Assembly (NCBI GenBank): GCA_009914755.4
Contig: CP068257.2
Span: 15,232,001-15,296,000 of the forward strand
Direction: 5' to 3'
Length of the DNA stretch: 64,000 nucleotides
From: the human T2T-CHM13v2.0 reference genome, Homo sapiens
How positions within the stretch are numbered: the first letter of the stretch is position 1; the number at the start of each line of letters is the position of its first letter. The translations under genes and the position numbers were made by a program. Positions 1 to 12,640 of the stretch are shown here, piece after piece. Below the pieces are notes generated by a model. The model was not told the DNA's origin, did not search any database, and saw only the letters and a program-made list of their open reading frames with translations.

Positions 1-620
1 GAAGTCAATATATTGAAGAGATATCTGCACTTTCATGTTAATTACAGCACTATTCACAATAGTCAAAATATGAAATCAACTTGTGTCCATCAGTGAATAA
101 ATGGATAAAGAACTGTAGTATATATAAGCAATGGAATATTTTTCAGCCACAAAAAATAAAATCCTGTCATTTGCAGCAACATGGATGGAACCAGAGGTCA
201 TTATGTTAAGTGAAAAAAGCCAGGCACAGAAAGAAAAATATCATGTTTTCACTCATGTGTGGGAGCTAAAAAGTGAAGCTAGATATTAGATTGGTGGTTA
301 TCAGAAGCTGTGAAGGGTAGCGAAAAGGGGCTAATAAAAATAAGTTGATTAATGAGTACAAATATACAGCTTGATACAAGAAATATAACCTAGTGTTAGA
401 TCAGTAGACTGACTACAGTTTACAATAATGTTGTATATTTCAAAACTGCTAAAAAAGAATAATTTGGATGTTTCTAGCATAGAAAAAAGACAAATATTTA
501 ACGTTATAGATATCTCAATTACACTGATTTGATCTTCACAAAGTATATGAATGTATTCAATTATCACATGTATCCTGAAAAATATGTGGATCAACCGAAA
601 AATATTTTATATATTTTTTA
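1..620 (+). mobile_element. LINE-1 3'-end fragment (end of ORF2 plus 3' UTR), runs in from upstream of the window
   Basis: Sense-strand L1 3' landmarks: ...tattcacaatagtcaaaatatgaaatcaacttgtgtccatcagtgaataaatggataaag...ggaatatttttcagccacaaaaaataaaatcctgtcatttgcagcaacatggatggaac...ttaagtgaaaaaagccaggcacagaaagaaaaatatcatgttttcactcatgtgtgggagctaaaaa..., followed by an AT-rich 3' UTR ending near 620. Confidence 0.7.
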
Positions 621-1881
621 GGGCTCAGTCTTAAGCCTTATTATGGTCTCCGCCTACACTCTCTCCCTGAATGATCTCATCTACCCCCTTAGCATTATTA
701 CATCTACCAAATGTATATATCCAGCCCTGAACTTTCTTCTGGATACAGACTCATGTATCCATCTCCCTATTTGATGTCTCCACCTTGAGGTACCACAAGC
801 ACGTAAAATGTGACATGTCCAAAACTGACTCTTGATGTTTCTCTTTTCCTAAGTCTTTTCCTTTTTAATGTTTTTCTTACCATTAATAACAGCTACGATT
901 TCCTCTAAGTTGCTTAAGTCAAGAAAATGGAAAACATTTTTGATTACTACCTTTCTCTCTTTTCCGGGAGTCAATCCATCTTAAGCCGTCTAATGCTATC
1001 ATTGTTTTCTGTATGCCATTGCTTGTTACTAAGAAAGTCTCTCTGTCACCTTTACAAAATGAAGGAATTTAGATTCGTATAATCCAAGGGCTGTAATTGT
1101 ATTGTCTTTGTGTATTTCCTGATGCCATTTTCTTTTGGAAGTATTATTAAAATGTTATAAATCATAGGAATTTCATTTCCATATACTCTAAGGATATTTA
1201 ATTAAAACAGGCAGATTTATTATCAAAAAGTAGAAAGATTTGTCAATAGTCAAAGGAAGAGAACTGGGTTAGGTATGGCTTATAGAAAAATGAGCCTTTC
1301 TTTGATGTTAGCATTTGTTTAAAGGAACCTGAAAGCATAATGGCGTAAGAAGGTAAAAGGAAAGGGAATGATCTGCTTAATTGTACAAAGCTTCATGAGC
1401 TTCTTTTATTACTATTATTATTATACTACTCAAGAAACCTATAAAGTGTATAGATCTTTCCCTCTTGTAACTAAAAAAAGAAGAAAAAAAGTACATTTTA
1501 GTGATAAACTCCTTACCCCATTTTTTTTTTTAGCTTAATGCATTCTAAGTGTCCACAGCTTAATGCTAGGAAAAATAAAATATTTTGGAGGGAAAGGATG
1601 ACATATAAGTCTCCTAGCTTGACCAAAAGTCTGATAAGATTATTTCATTGTACAAATGTTAAATATTTATTGAAAAAAACCTAATTGGTATACTTTTGTC
1701 TTTCTCAGAAGGAGACTAATATACTATGTTGTCTAGTTTATTTCATTTAAAAAAGATAAGTTAATTTTTTTTTTGCTTTGAATGTGTTGTTACTTAAAGA
1801 AAAAAAGTTCTTCTCTGCACTTTAAGAAAAATCGAACTATGATGATAAAGTTTGATTGCTAAGCATGAAATAATTTTTTGA

Positions 1882-2202
<321 letters not shown>

Positions 2203-2816
2203 TCATTTGGCTATAACTCTTTTAATAGTCATTAAATGAGCTAATGGAAGCTTCTTTGAGGAACCCAGGCAGCCCAGACAAGTGGGCTTCACACAGCAGC
2301 ACACCCTCTTCACCAAGGGACAGCCAAAGTGCTTTGTTAAATGGGTTCTGGTTCCCATGACCCCCAACTGAGTGAGATCCCCCAACAGGGGTAACCAGAT
2401 ACCCTATACAGGAGCCTTCTTACTGGTATCAGGTTGGTGCCTCTCGAGGTCGGAGATCCCAGAGGAAGGAGCAGGGTGTTTTGCTGTTCTCCAGCATGCT
2501 TGGGTGACATATCCAGGTGCAGAAGCAACCCAGATGAATAGGGCCTAAAGTGAACCCCCAGCAAACCACAGAAGCCCTACAGAAGAGGAACCTGACAAGT
2601 GAAAGAAAAATAAGCAAACAGAAAGCAACAACAGCATCAATAAAAAAAGTCCCCATAAAAACCTCATCCAAGGGTCAGCGGCTTCAGAAATCAAAACTAG
2701 ACAAACTCATGAAGAAGAGAAAGAATTGATGAATAAATGCTGAAAACCCAAATGGCCAGAGTGCCTTTTCTCCTCCAAATGACAGAAACACGTCTCCAGC
2801 AAGGGCACAGAGCTGG

Positions 2817-3770
2817 ATGGAGGATAAGATGGATGAATTGACAGAAGTAGACTTCAGAAGGTGGGTAGTAACAAACTTCGCTGAGGTAAAGGTGCATGTT
2901 CTAACCCAATGCAAAGAAACTAAGAACCATGATACAAGGTTAAAGGAGCTGCTAACTAGAATAACCAGTTTAGAGAAGAACATAAATGACCTGATGGAGC
3001 TGAAAAACACACTACGAGAACTTTGTGAAACATATACAAGTATCAGTAGCTGAATCGATCAAACGAAAGAAAGAATATCAGAGCTTCAAGACTATCTTGC
3101 TGAGATAAGGCTGGCAGACAAGATTAGAGAAAAGGGAATGAAAAGGAACCAACAAAACCTCTGAGAATTATGGGACTATGTAAAAAGACTGAACCTATGA
3201 CTGATTAGAGTACCTGAAAGAGACAGGGAGAATGGAACCAAGTTGGAAAACACACTTCAGGATATCTTCCAGGAGAACTTCCCCAACCTAGAAAGACAGG
3301 ACAACATTCAAATTCAGGAAATACAGAGAACTCCAGTAAAATACTCCATGAGAGGATCAGTCCCAACACACATAATCATCTGATTGTCCAAGGTCGAAAT
3401 GAAAAAAAAAAAAAAATGTTAAGGGCAGCCAGAGAGAAAGGCCAGGTCACTTACAAAGGGAAGCCCATCAAACTAACAGTGGATCTCTCGGCAGGAACCC
3501 TACAAGCCAGAAGAGAGTGGGGGCCAATATGAAACATTCTTAAAGAAAAGAGTTTTCAACCCAGAATTTCATATCTGGCCAAACTAAGCTTCATAAGCAA
3601 AGGAGAAATAAAATCCTTTTCAGACAAGCAAATGCCGAGGGAATTCATCACCACCAGGCCTGCCTTGCAAGAGCCCCTGAAGGAAGCACTCAATGTGAAA
3701 AGGAAAAACCAGTTCCAGCAACTGCAAAAACAAATCAAAATACAAAGATACTATGAAGAAACTGCATCAA
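2817..3770 (+). pseudogene. L1 ORF1 (RNA-binding protein) remnant, frame-disrupted
   Basis: An intact 78-aa N-terminal ORF with L1 ORF1 coiled-coil similarity. Downstream sequence is still recognisable as ORF1 (…wdyvkrlnl…lenTLQDIfqenfpnL…) but carries stops and frameshifts. Confidence 0.75.
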
Positions 3771-3801
3771 CTAGTGCTCAAAATAACCAGCTAGCATCAT
3801 G

Positions 3802-6800
3802 ATGACAGGATCAAATTCACACATAACCTAAATGTAAATGGGCTAGATGTCCCAATTAAAAGATGCAGACTGGAAAATTTGATAAAGAGTCAAGACCCAT
3901 CAGTGTGCTATATTCAGAAGACCCATCTCACTTGTAAAGACACACACAGGCTCAAAATAAAGAGATGGAGGAATATTTACCAAGCGAATGGAAAGTTAAA
4001 AAAAAAAAAAAGGCAGGGGTTACAATCCTAGTCTCTGATAAAATAGACCTTAAACCAACAAAGATCAAAAAAGACAAAGAAGTGCATTACATAAGGTAAA
4101 GGGATCAATTCAACGAGAAGAGCTAACTATTGTAAATATATATGGACCCAATACAGGAACATCCAGATTCATTTAAAAAACAAAAAGTTATTTGAGACCT
4201 GCAAAGAGACTTAGACACGCACACATTAATAGTGGGAGACTTCAACACCCCACTGTCAATATGAAACAGATCAATGAGACAGAAAATTAACAAGGATATT
4301 CAGGACTTGAGCTCAGCTCTGGATCAAGTGTACCTGATAGATATCTACAGAACACTCTACTCCAAAACAGCACAATACACATTCTTCTCAGTGCCACATA
4401 GCACTTATTCTAAAATTGATCACATAATTGGAAGTAAAACACTCCTCAGCAAATGCAAAAGAACTGAAATCATAACAAACAATCTCTCAGACCACAGTGC
4501 AATCAAATCAGAGCTCAAAATTAATAAATTGACTCCAAACCACACAACTACATCAAAACTGAACAATCTGCTCCTGAATGAATACTGGGTAAATAATGAA
4601 ATTCAGGAAGAAATCAAGAAGTTCTTTGAAACCAATGAGAACAAAGACACAATGTACCAGAATCTCTGGGATACAGCTAAAGCAGTGTTAAGAGAGAAAT
4701 TTAAGGCACTAAATGCTCACATCAGAAAGCTATAAAGATCTCAAATTGACACTTTAACATCACAACTAAAAATACTAGAGAACCAAGAGCAAACAAATCC
4801 AAAAGCTAGCGGAAGAGAAGAAATAACTGAGATTGGAGTGGAACTGAAGGAGATAGAGACACAAAAAACCCTTAAAAAATCAGTGAATCTAGGAGCTGTT
4901 TTTTTGAAAAAATTAATAAAATTGATAGACTGCTAGCTAGACTAATAAAGAAGAAAAGAGAGAAGAGTCAAATAGACACAATAAAAATGAGGAAGGGGAT
5001 ATCAGCACTGATCCCACTGAAATACAAACAAACATTAAAGAATAAACACCTCTATGCAAATAAACTAGAAAATCTAGAAGAAATGGATACATTCCTGAAC
5101 ACACACACCCTCCCAAGACTAAACCAGGAATAAGTCAAATCCCTGAATAGAAAAATAACAAGTTCTGAAATTGAGGCAGAAATTAATAGCCTACCAACCA
5201 AAAAAAAATCCCAGGACCAGACGGATTCACAGCCAAATTCTACCAGAGGTAAAAAGAGGAGCTGGTACCATTCCTTCTGAAACTATTCAAAACAGTTGAA
5301 AAGAAGGGACTACTCCCTAACTCATTTTATGAGGTGAGCATTATCCTGATACCAAAACGTGGCAGAGACACAACATAAAAGAAAACTTCAAGCCAATATC
5401 GCTGATGAACATCAATGTGAAAATCCTCCATAAAATACTGGCAAACCAAATTCAGCAGCACATCAAAAAGCTTATCCACCACGATCAAGTCGGTTTCATT
5501 CCTGGGATGCAAGGCTGGTTCAACATATGCAAATCAATAAACATAATTCATCACAGAAACAGAACCAATAACAGAAACCACATGATTATGTCAATAGATG
5601 CAGAAAAGGCCTTCCATAAAATTCAACATTGCTTCATGTTAAAAACTCTCAATAAACTAGGTATTGATGGAACATATCTCAAAATAATAAGAGCCAATAT
5701 TATACTGAATAAGCAAAAGCTGGAAGCATTCCCTTTAAAAACCAGCACAAGACAAGGATGCCCTCTCTCACCACTCCTATTCAACATAGTGTTGGAAGTT
5801 CTGGCTAGAACAATCGGTCAAGAGAAATAAATAATGGGTATTCAAATAGGAGAGGAAATCAAAATGTCTCTGCAGACACATGATCCTATATCTAGAAAAC
5901 CTCATCATCGTCTCAGTCCAAAAGCTCCTTAATCTGACAGGCAACTTCAGCAAAGTCTGAGGATACAAAATCAATGTGCAAAAATCACAAGCATTCGTAT
6001 ACATCAATAATAGAGAGCCAAATCATGAGTGAACTCCCATTCACAATTGCTACAAAGAGAATAAAATACATAGGAATACAGCTAACAAGGCACATGAAGG
6101 ACCTCTTCAAGAAGAACTACAAACCACTGCTCAAGGAAATAAAATGGGATGCAAACAAATGGAAAAAAATTCCATCCTTATGGATAGGAGGAATCAATAT
6201 TGTGAAAATGGCCATACTGCCCAAAGTAATTTATAGATTCATTGCTATTCCCATCAAACTACCATTGACATTCTTCACAGAATTAGAAAAAAAATACTTT
6301 GAAATTCATGTGGAATCAAAAAAGAGCCTGTATAGCCAAGACAATCCCAAGCAAAAAGAACAAAGCAGGAGGCATCACACTACCTGACTTCAAACTATGC
6401 TTAAGCTGACAGGCAACAGTAACCAAAACAGAATGGAACCGATACCCAAACAGACATATAGACCAGTGAAACAGAATAGAGACCTCAGAAATAAGACCAC
6501 ACATCTACAACCCTTGGATCTTTGACAAACCTGGGAAAAACATGCAATGGGGAGAGGATTCCCTATTTAATAAATGGTGCTGGGAAAAATGGCTAGCCAT
6601 ATGCAGAAAACTTAAACTGGACCCCTTCCTTACACCTTATACAAAAATTAACTCAAGATGGATTAAAAACTTAAATGTAAAACCAAAACCATAAAAACCC
6701 TAGAACAAAATCTAGGCAAAACCATTCAGGACAAAGGCATGGGCAAAGATTTTATGATGAAATCACCAGAAGCAATTGCAACGAAAGCTAAAATTGACAA

Positions 6801-7586
6801 ATGGGATCTAATTAAACCAAAGAGCTTCTGCACAGCAAAAGAAACTATCATCAGAGCAAACAGGAAACCTAGAGAATGGGAGAAAAATTTTGCAATCTAC
6901 CCATCTGAGAAAGGTCTAATATCCAGAATTTACAAGGAACCTAAATAAATTTACAAGAAAAAAACAACAACCCTATCAAAAAGTGGGCAAAGGGCATGAA
7001 CAGAAACTTCTCAAAAGAAGATATTTATATGTCCAAAAAACATATGAAAAAAAGCTCAACATCACTGATCCTTGGAGAAATGCAAATCAAAACCACAATG
7101 AGATACCATCTCACGCCAGTCAGAATGAGTAAAAAGTCAAAAAATGACAGATGCTGGCAAGAGATAGGAGAAATAGGAACACTTTTACACTGTTGGTGGG
7201 AATGTAAATTAGTTCAACCATTGTGGAAGACAGTATGGTGATTCCTTAAGGATCTAGAACCAGAAATACCATTTGACCCAGCAATACCATTACTGGGAAT
7301 ATGCCCAAAGGAATATAAATCATTCTATTATAAATAAACATCTATGTTTATTGTGGCACTATTCACAATAGCAAAGACAAGGATCCAACCCAAATGCACA
7401 TCAATGATAGACCGGATAAAGAAAATGTGTTACATATATGCCATTGAATACCATGCAGCCATAAGTAGGAATGAGATCATATCCTTTGCAGGGGCATGGA
7501 TTACGTTTGAATCCATCATCCTCAGCAAACTAACACAGGAACAGAAAACCAAACACTGCATATTCTCACTCATAAGTGGGAGCTGA
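3802..7586 (+). pseudogene. L1 ORF2 (endonuclease plus reverse transcriptase) remnant, multiple frameshifts and stops
   Basis: Translations match L1 ORF2 along its length: EN domain (…ILVSDKIDLKPTKIKKDKE…), RT domain ([26 protein letters not shown]…[10 protein letters not shown]…), C-terminal region (…[17 protein letters not shown]). No frame stays open for more than about 150 codons. Confidence 0.85.
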
Positions 7587-7910
7587 ACAATGAGAACACA
7601 TGGACACAGGGAGGGGAACATCACACACAGGGGCCTGTCAGAGGGGAAAGGGGAGAGAGAGCATCAGGACAAATAGCTAATGCATGCAGGGCTTAATACC
7701 TAGGTGACGGATTGATAGGTGCAGCAAACTACCATGGCACATGTTTACCTGTGTAACAAACCTGCACATTCTGCACATGTATCCTGGAACTTAAAATAAA
7801 ATAAAATAAAATCTTCTTTAAAATATTTAATATTTGATAAATGAATACAGAAGAATTATAAGTATCTCATTTGTGTAACATTTACTTTAATCAAAGTAAA
7901 TCTTTCTTTT

Positions 7911-8106
7911 TTTTTAACGTTCTTTTCCATGGAATACTATGCAGCCATAAAAAATGATGAGTTCATGTCCTTTGTAGGGACATGGATGAAATTGGAAATC
8001 ATCATTCTCAGTAAACTATCGCAAGAACAAAAAACCAAACACCGCATATTCTCACTCATAGGTGGGAATTGAACAATGAGAACACATGGACACAGGAAGG
8101 GGAACA
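7911..8106 (+). mobile_element. Short L1 3'-end fragment (ORF2 C-terminus, sense orientation) preceded by T(9), flanked by 13-bp direct repeats
   Basis: 7929-8106 reads atggaatactatgcagccataaaaaatgatgagttcatgtcctttgtagggacatggatgaaattggaaatc…ggtgggaattgaacaatgagaacacatggacacaggaaggggaaca, which is L1PA-like. The direct repeat AAGTAAATCTTTC occurs at about 7898-7910 and about 8107-8119. Confidence 0.75.
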
Positions 8107-8269
8107 AAGTAAATCTTTCAATGAATTAAGTTGCTTTCGAATTTTGGCTTAAAGAAATTATGCATCTTTTCTTTCACCTTATTGCCATGAAGAACATAAT
8201 ATATGTTAGTTTCTGATGAGTCAGAAACCACTCTAACAGTTAGTAGTTTTCAAACAACAATAATTTATT

Positions 8270-8640
8270 ATTTCATATGATTCTTCTTCTGGGCTGTTTC
8301 AGCTGAAGCTGGATGGTCTAGGATGGCTTCAGGCAGTTGACTCAATGTCACCTTGAGTGATGGAGGTGATTTGGCTATAATCATCCAGGAGGCTAGCCAG
8401 GGCTTGTTCACATGATGGCAATTGCAGAATTCCAAGTGCAGAAAATGAGGGCAAGCTCCAATATGCAAGTCTTTTAAAGCCTCTGCTTGTATCATATTTG
8501 TTCATGTCTCATTGACCAAAGTAATTCACATGACCAAGCCTAGAAAGAACAGGTAGATTCACGAAATAGACCAACCGTTGATGGAAGGAACTACAAAATC
8601 AGGTTGTAAAATGATATGTATAAAGAGATGGAACATTTGT
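8270..8640 (+). repeat. Old interspersed (LTR-like) repeat, family not named; related to the copy at 10010-10480
   Basis: Shares a core with 10010-10480: gcctctgcttgtatcatatttg…ccaaagtaattcacatgaccaagcctagaaagaacagg versus …ccaaagcaagtcacatggccaagcccagattcaagaaacag…gagctgcaaagtaacattacaaagggaaggatgcataaaaagg…ccatttttgcagtctatcac. Confidence 0.3.
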
Positions 8641-10009
8641 AGCAATTTTTAAAATCTACTGCAGACTGTTTTCAGCCACAAATTATATTCTCCTAAATGA
8701 AAAATATGCTTACTTCCAGAATTTCAGTAGTCTCATTCAATTATGTCATCTGGTTCAAAGTCCAGGTTCTTATAATTTGTTTCTAATATAGGTATAAATA
8801 TGACCCATTGGATGCAGCTGCTCTTCATCCAGAGACTTATAAACTAAAAATGTAAGTTACCAGTGGTCAACCAACCTAATATACAAGGGTGAGATGGGAG
8901 CAGAGTAATTGTAATAGATACTTCTGATCAGAAAAATGAGGAATGGGAGGCATAGAGCAGCCATTGGTCTAACAAATTCTGAAATCCATCCAGGCACATG
9001 TTAAAAGGATCCCCTGCTCTAAGTCTGTGTAAGCTCCTTGATTGAGTTCTATTTCGGCTCCTTGAGAGTGATTTGTCTGTCTGTTTTTCTCTGGATCTCT
9101 TGCCTCCACCTCTAGGATTTTCATCCTTCGAACTAGAAACGGCCATGATTCTCAGTCTGATTTCTGCCCCCAAAATGTTGGAAGCCTAGAAAACTTTCTT
9201 TTTGTAATTGATTTTAGTCCAAGCTGGCAGTGATTTGTTAGTATAATGGTCTTTAAAAACTCATGGATTGCCTATGGATCTGATTTACATCTATTGTATG
9301 TAATTTCTAAAATTCTCCACTTCCAAAATTCACATCTAAATCATTTCAAAACAGGCCTTCCTCCACTTTAGATGTGGTAGGCTGCTATGAAAAAAAAAAT
9401 GCCCTTAGAATTATTAGGAGACAATTTATCTTGCTGAGGACTCTTCTGTCCACCTTAGAACTTTTAGAGGTTTTTTAAAAATGAATCTTGTAACCAGCCA
9501 CATCTTTGTCTGTCTTTATACTAGGCCATTTCCTACTTTGTGAATTTTAACCAACGTGGGAGACAATTTATTTTTTGACCCAGCAATTCCTGGCTTCTTT
9601 TTATTTCTTCTAAAATCTGCTTGTAAACAAAACTGTTCATTTTTAAACTTATTCTGTCTGTTTCCATATTATTATATGCAGCTAACAGGGGCCAGTTGAC
9701 ACACTCAGCATCTATCATCAAATCTTTTTAGAGGCACAAGTTCATTAGGTACATTTTCTATCTTCCAAGTTTCTGCAGATGAAAGCTTTGCCAAATATTC
9801 CACTATAGCACAACTTTGTCTGCCACTGTCTCAACCTTCACTAACAGTTTCTTCACTGTTTTTTCAGCCTCCATCCAAAGCCAATACTATGTATTTTAGT
9901 ATTTTATTAGATGTTTTAGGTTTTGTTATAGCAACACCCCACACCGGGTACTAGTTTTTATATCAGTTAACTTCTGTTGTGTTAAACAACAATTTGCTTT
10001 AGACAGTAA

Positions 10010-10480
10010 ATATTTATTTTTATGCTTCAGCGGTTCACCTGGCTGGTTCTTGGTTCTTCTCTGAGCCAGATTCATTGGTGCTGGGTTTTCAGATAGCCTC
10101 ATTCATGTATCGGGCAGTAGGCTTGCTGTAAGTTGGATAGTGGCAATGACTTTGCCAACTGTTTCTTCATCCAGCAGGTTTATTTGGACTCATTCAGTGA
10201 TTACAACGTTCTCAAGATCAGAGAGAGAAGTCTCATTTTGGTTTTTAGCCACTGCTTATGTCACTTTTGATATGTCCCTTTGCCCAAAGCAAGTCACATG
10301 GCCAAGCCCAGATTCAAGAAACAGTGAAAAGGTTTCCACCTTCTGATGAATGGAGCTGCAAAGTAACATTACAAAGGGAAGGATGCATAAAAAGGCAGAA
10401 GAATGTCCAGCCATTTTTGCAGTCTATCACAGCAAGCATATTTTATGTAAGACCTGAGTATAATTTTTTATTGCTAATCT
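10010..10480 (+). repeat. Old interspersed (LTR-like) repeat, second copy of the family seen at 8270-8640
   Basis: See previous entry. This motif block is one I recognise from ancient mammalian LTR-type repeats but cannot name with confidence. Confidence 0.3.
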
Positions 10481-12342
10481 AATCATTAGAGTTTGCTAAA
10501 TTTCCTATGCTATGTTTATGGGAAAGATTATTATTGTTTCCATAAATTATGTAAGGCTATGAGAATATAAACGTATGTGTTTAACTGAATGGAATTATAA
10601 ATATTAATACCCTTTAAAAGAACTTGTGAAGTGGAACCTATGTTGCAAATCCTGTGAACTTAATCACTAATACTCCGCCTACTCTATCTTAGTGAAATTA
10701 TAAAAGGTTATCTCTCTGAGAAACAGTTTATATCCATTTTGATTGTGTTGTTCTGTAGGGGCAATTTAAATGCAATTTCCAAGATTATTAATTGACTTTA
10801 AGACTTTGGGCTAGTATTAAATTAAGTTAATGAACAAGTAATCCCTCTAATTAAAGTAAAAATTTCAGCAAGTTATGTGCATCATCTTATGCTGGTAAGT
10901 TAATATTTTCAAGCTAAAGTTGAAAGCTTTAATTTAGTATCTGATCATACATTTTTATAAGGTTATGTAAACATATCCAAATTACTAGACAAATAAAGCT
11001 TGGTATGATAAAGAGTAGAGGATTAATAATTTAAAATTGGTCTGGAAGTATTTAGCCATTTCATAAAAAAGGCTAATGGATTATTCTGTGTAATCAGCCC
11101 AGATTGCAGAGTTTTCTTAACCCATCAGAATTCTCTCTCCTGCAATCCTGTTGTTTTCATCCTACTTATAAATTATTTGATAATAAACAATAAAATGTTT
11201 CACTTCTGAAATAAGTAGTTTTATGTTACCTTCTTCTATTATTTAATATACCATCACTCTAATAGAACTCAAGACTACAATAATTTACCCATGACTTATT
11301 CTCATATTTTGATATAGTGATCAGTGTCCTCTCACCAATCTTTTTGATATTGCGTTTCCCAAACTCAAGCATGAAATTTAAAATAATAAAACTGTTTAGA
11401 TATATTTGACATCCTTACTCTTTTGTGCAATATTTGCTCATTTTCCTTCTAACGAGGAGTGACTAGAAATAATTAGATAGGTTTGGTATTTTCTATTGTT
11501 TATTAGATCACCACAATTGTGAAAGAGAGCCATTCTATTTGTCAAACCAACAGTATAGGAAGAGCTGTCAAATCAAAAAGAGAAGCTCAACTTCCATAGG
11601 TCAATTATGTACAAGTAAGATACTGTTAATAAGAACTTATTTCCAGTCATTCGGTTTCAGGATAGACTGAAGTGTTCTCACGTTCATGTGCAAAGCCTGG
11701 CATGATATTGCTAGAACAAATCGATTCTTTAAAATGTTGTCTTTAGGTTTTTAATACCCTTCTCAGCTGGCTGCACATGTAACACATATTCTACTGAATG
11801 GCTCGAAAGCTCTGGAGGTTTTTCAGTGTCCCTAGTGTTCACATTATGTTCTTATATACAGGGTAAACTTTAACTGGATCCTTTCTAAAAAATGATAGAT
11901 TATGCCTCAACAGGAAATTTTAATCTCCTCTGTTCTTATATTTTTGGTGACTATTATAAAATTTACAGTGAGCATTCAGTCATGTCATATAAAACATGTT
12001 CCCCTCAACCACAACATTGCCCTTAAAGCTCATGCTATATAAGCTATAGGAAAGAAATTACATCTTTTGGGGGAAACTTCTAAGGAATGATAATCTCAGT
12101 AAGGACTATATCAGCTACTGTAGGCTCTTGGTAGTTAAAGGAGTAGATTAATGCTTACAAGAGTCCCGGTGTAAGCTGCCATTACCACCTGCCAGACTAT
12201 GCCAGAGGACTAAATCAGAATTTCCAAAACACCATGGTCCAGGAGTGGATGGCTTCCTGCATGCTTATTGATGCCTTTGGTTCTGAAGGGATAAAAATTA
12301 ATTATGCGAGACTAAATGAAACTGATAACAAGATTTCAGTTG

Positions 12343-12640
12343 TTTTTTGTTTTTGGTTTTGAGACGGGGTCTCAGTCTATCACCCAAGCTGGAGTACAGT
12401 GACATAATCGTAGCTCACTGCAGCTTCAACTTCCCAGACTCAAGGGATCCTCCCAGTTTAGCCTCCCAAGTAGCTGGGACCACAGATGGATACCACAATG
12501 CCCAGCTAATTTTGACTTTTCTGGAGAGACGGGGTCTCCCTCTGTTGCCCAGGCTAGTCTCAACCTCCTGAACTCAAGCATTCCTCCTGCCTCTGCCTCC
12601 CAATGTGCTGAGATTACAGGAATGAGATAGCACATGTGGC
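12343..12640 (-). mobile_element. Alu element, minus strand (poly-T at left end)
   Basis: ttgttttttgtttttggttttgagacggggtctcagtctatcacccaagctggagtacagtg…gcctcccaagtagctgggaccacag…ctcccaatgtgctgagattacagg. This is the reverse complement of an Alu. Confidence 0.9.

Larger units (their letters stand above)
2265..7812 (+). mobile_element. Near-full-length, inactivated LINE-1 (older primate L1PA/L1PB-class), about 5.5 kb: partial 5' UTR, ORF1, ORF2, 3' UTR
   Basis: ORF1 coiled-coil N-terminus in the ORF at 2817-3053 (…LKELLTRITSLEKNINDLMELKNTLRELCE…). ORF2 ATG at 3802 (atgacaggatcaaattcacacataacc). Endonuclease, RT ([16 protein letters not shown]…, 5405-5830) and C-terminal segments are broken across frames (4274-4735, 5405-5830, 5974-6387, 6739-6948, 6996-7241). 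ORF2 stop at 7584-7586. 3' UTR ends …cctggaacttaaaataaaataaaataaaatc at about 7812. The 5' boundary is approximate. Confidence 0.85.

Noticed and set aside
349-594. Various 60-110 aa ORFs in the supplied track outside the L1/HERV segments (e.g. 349-594, 2684-3010, 14085-14333, 22172-22480, 33305-33596, 56548-56862)
   Set aside because: These are short and sit in AT-rich or repeat-derived sequence. They have no homology I can recognise and no splice or promoter context, so I treat them as chance ORFs.
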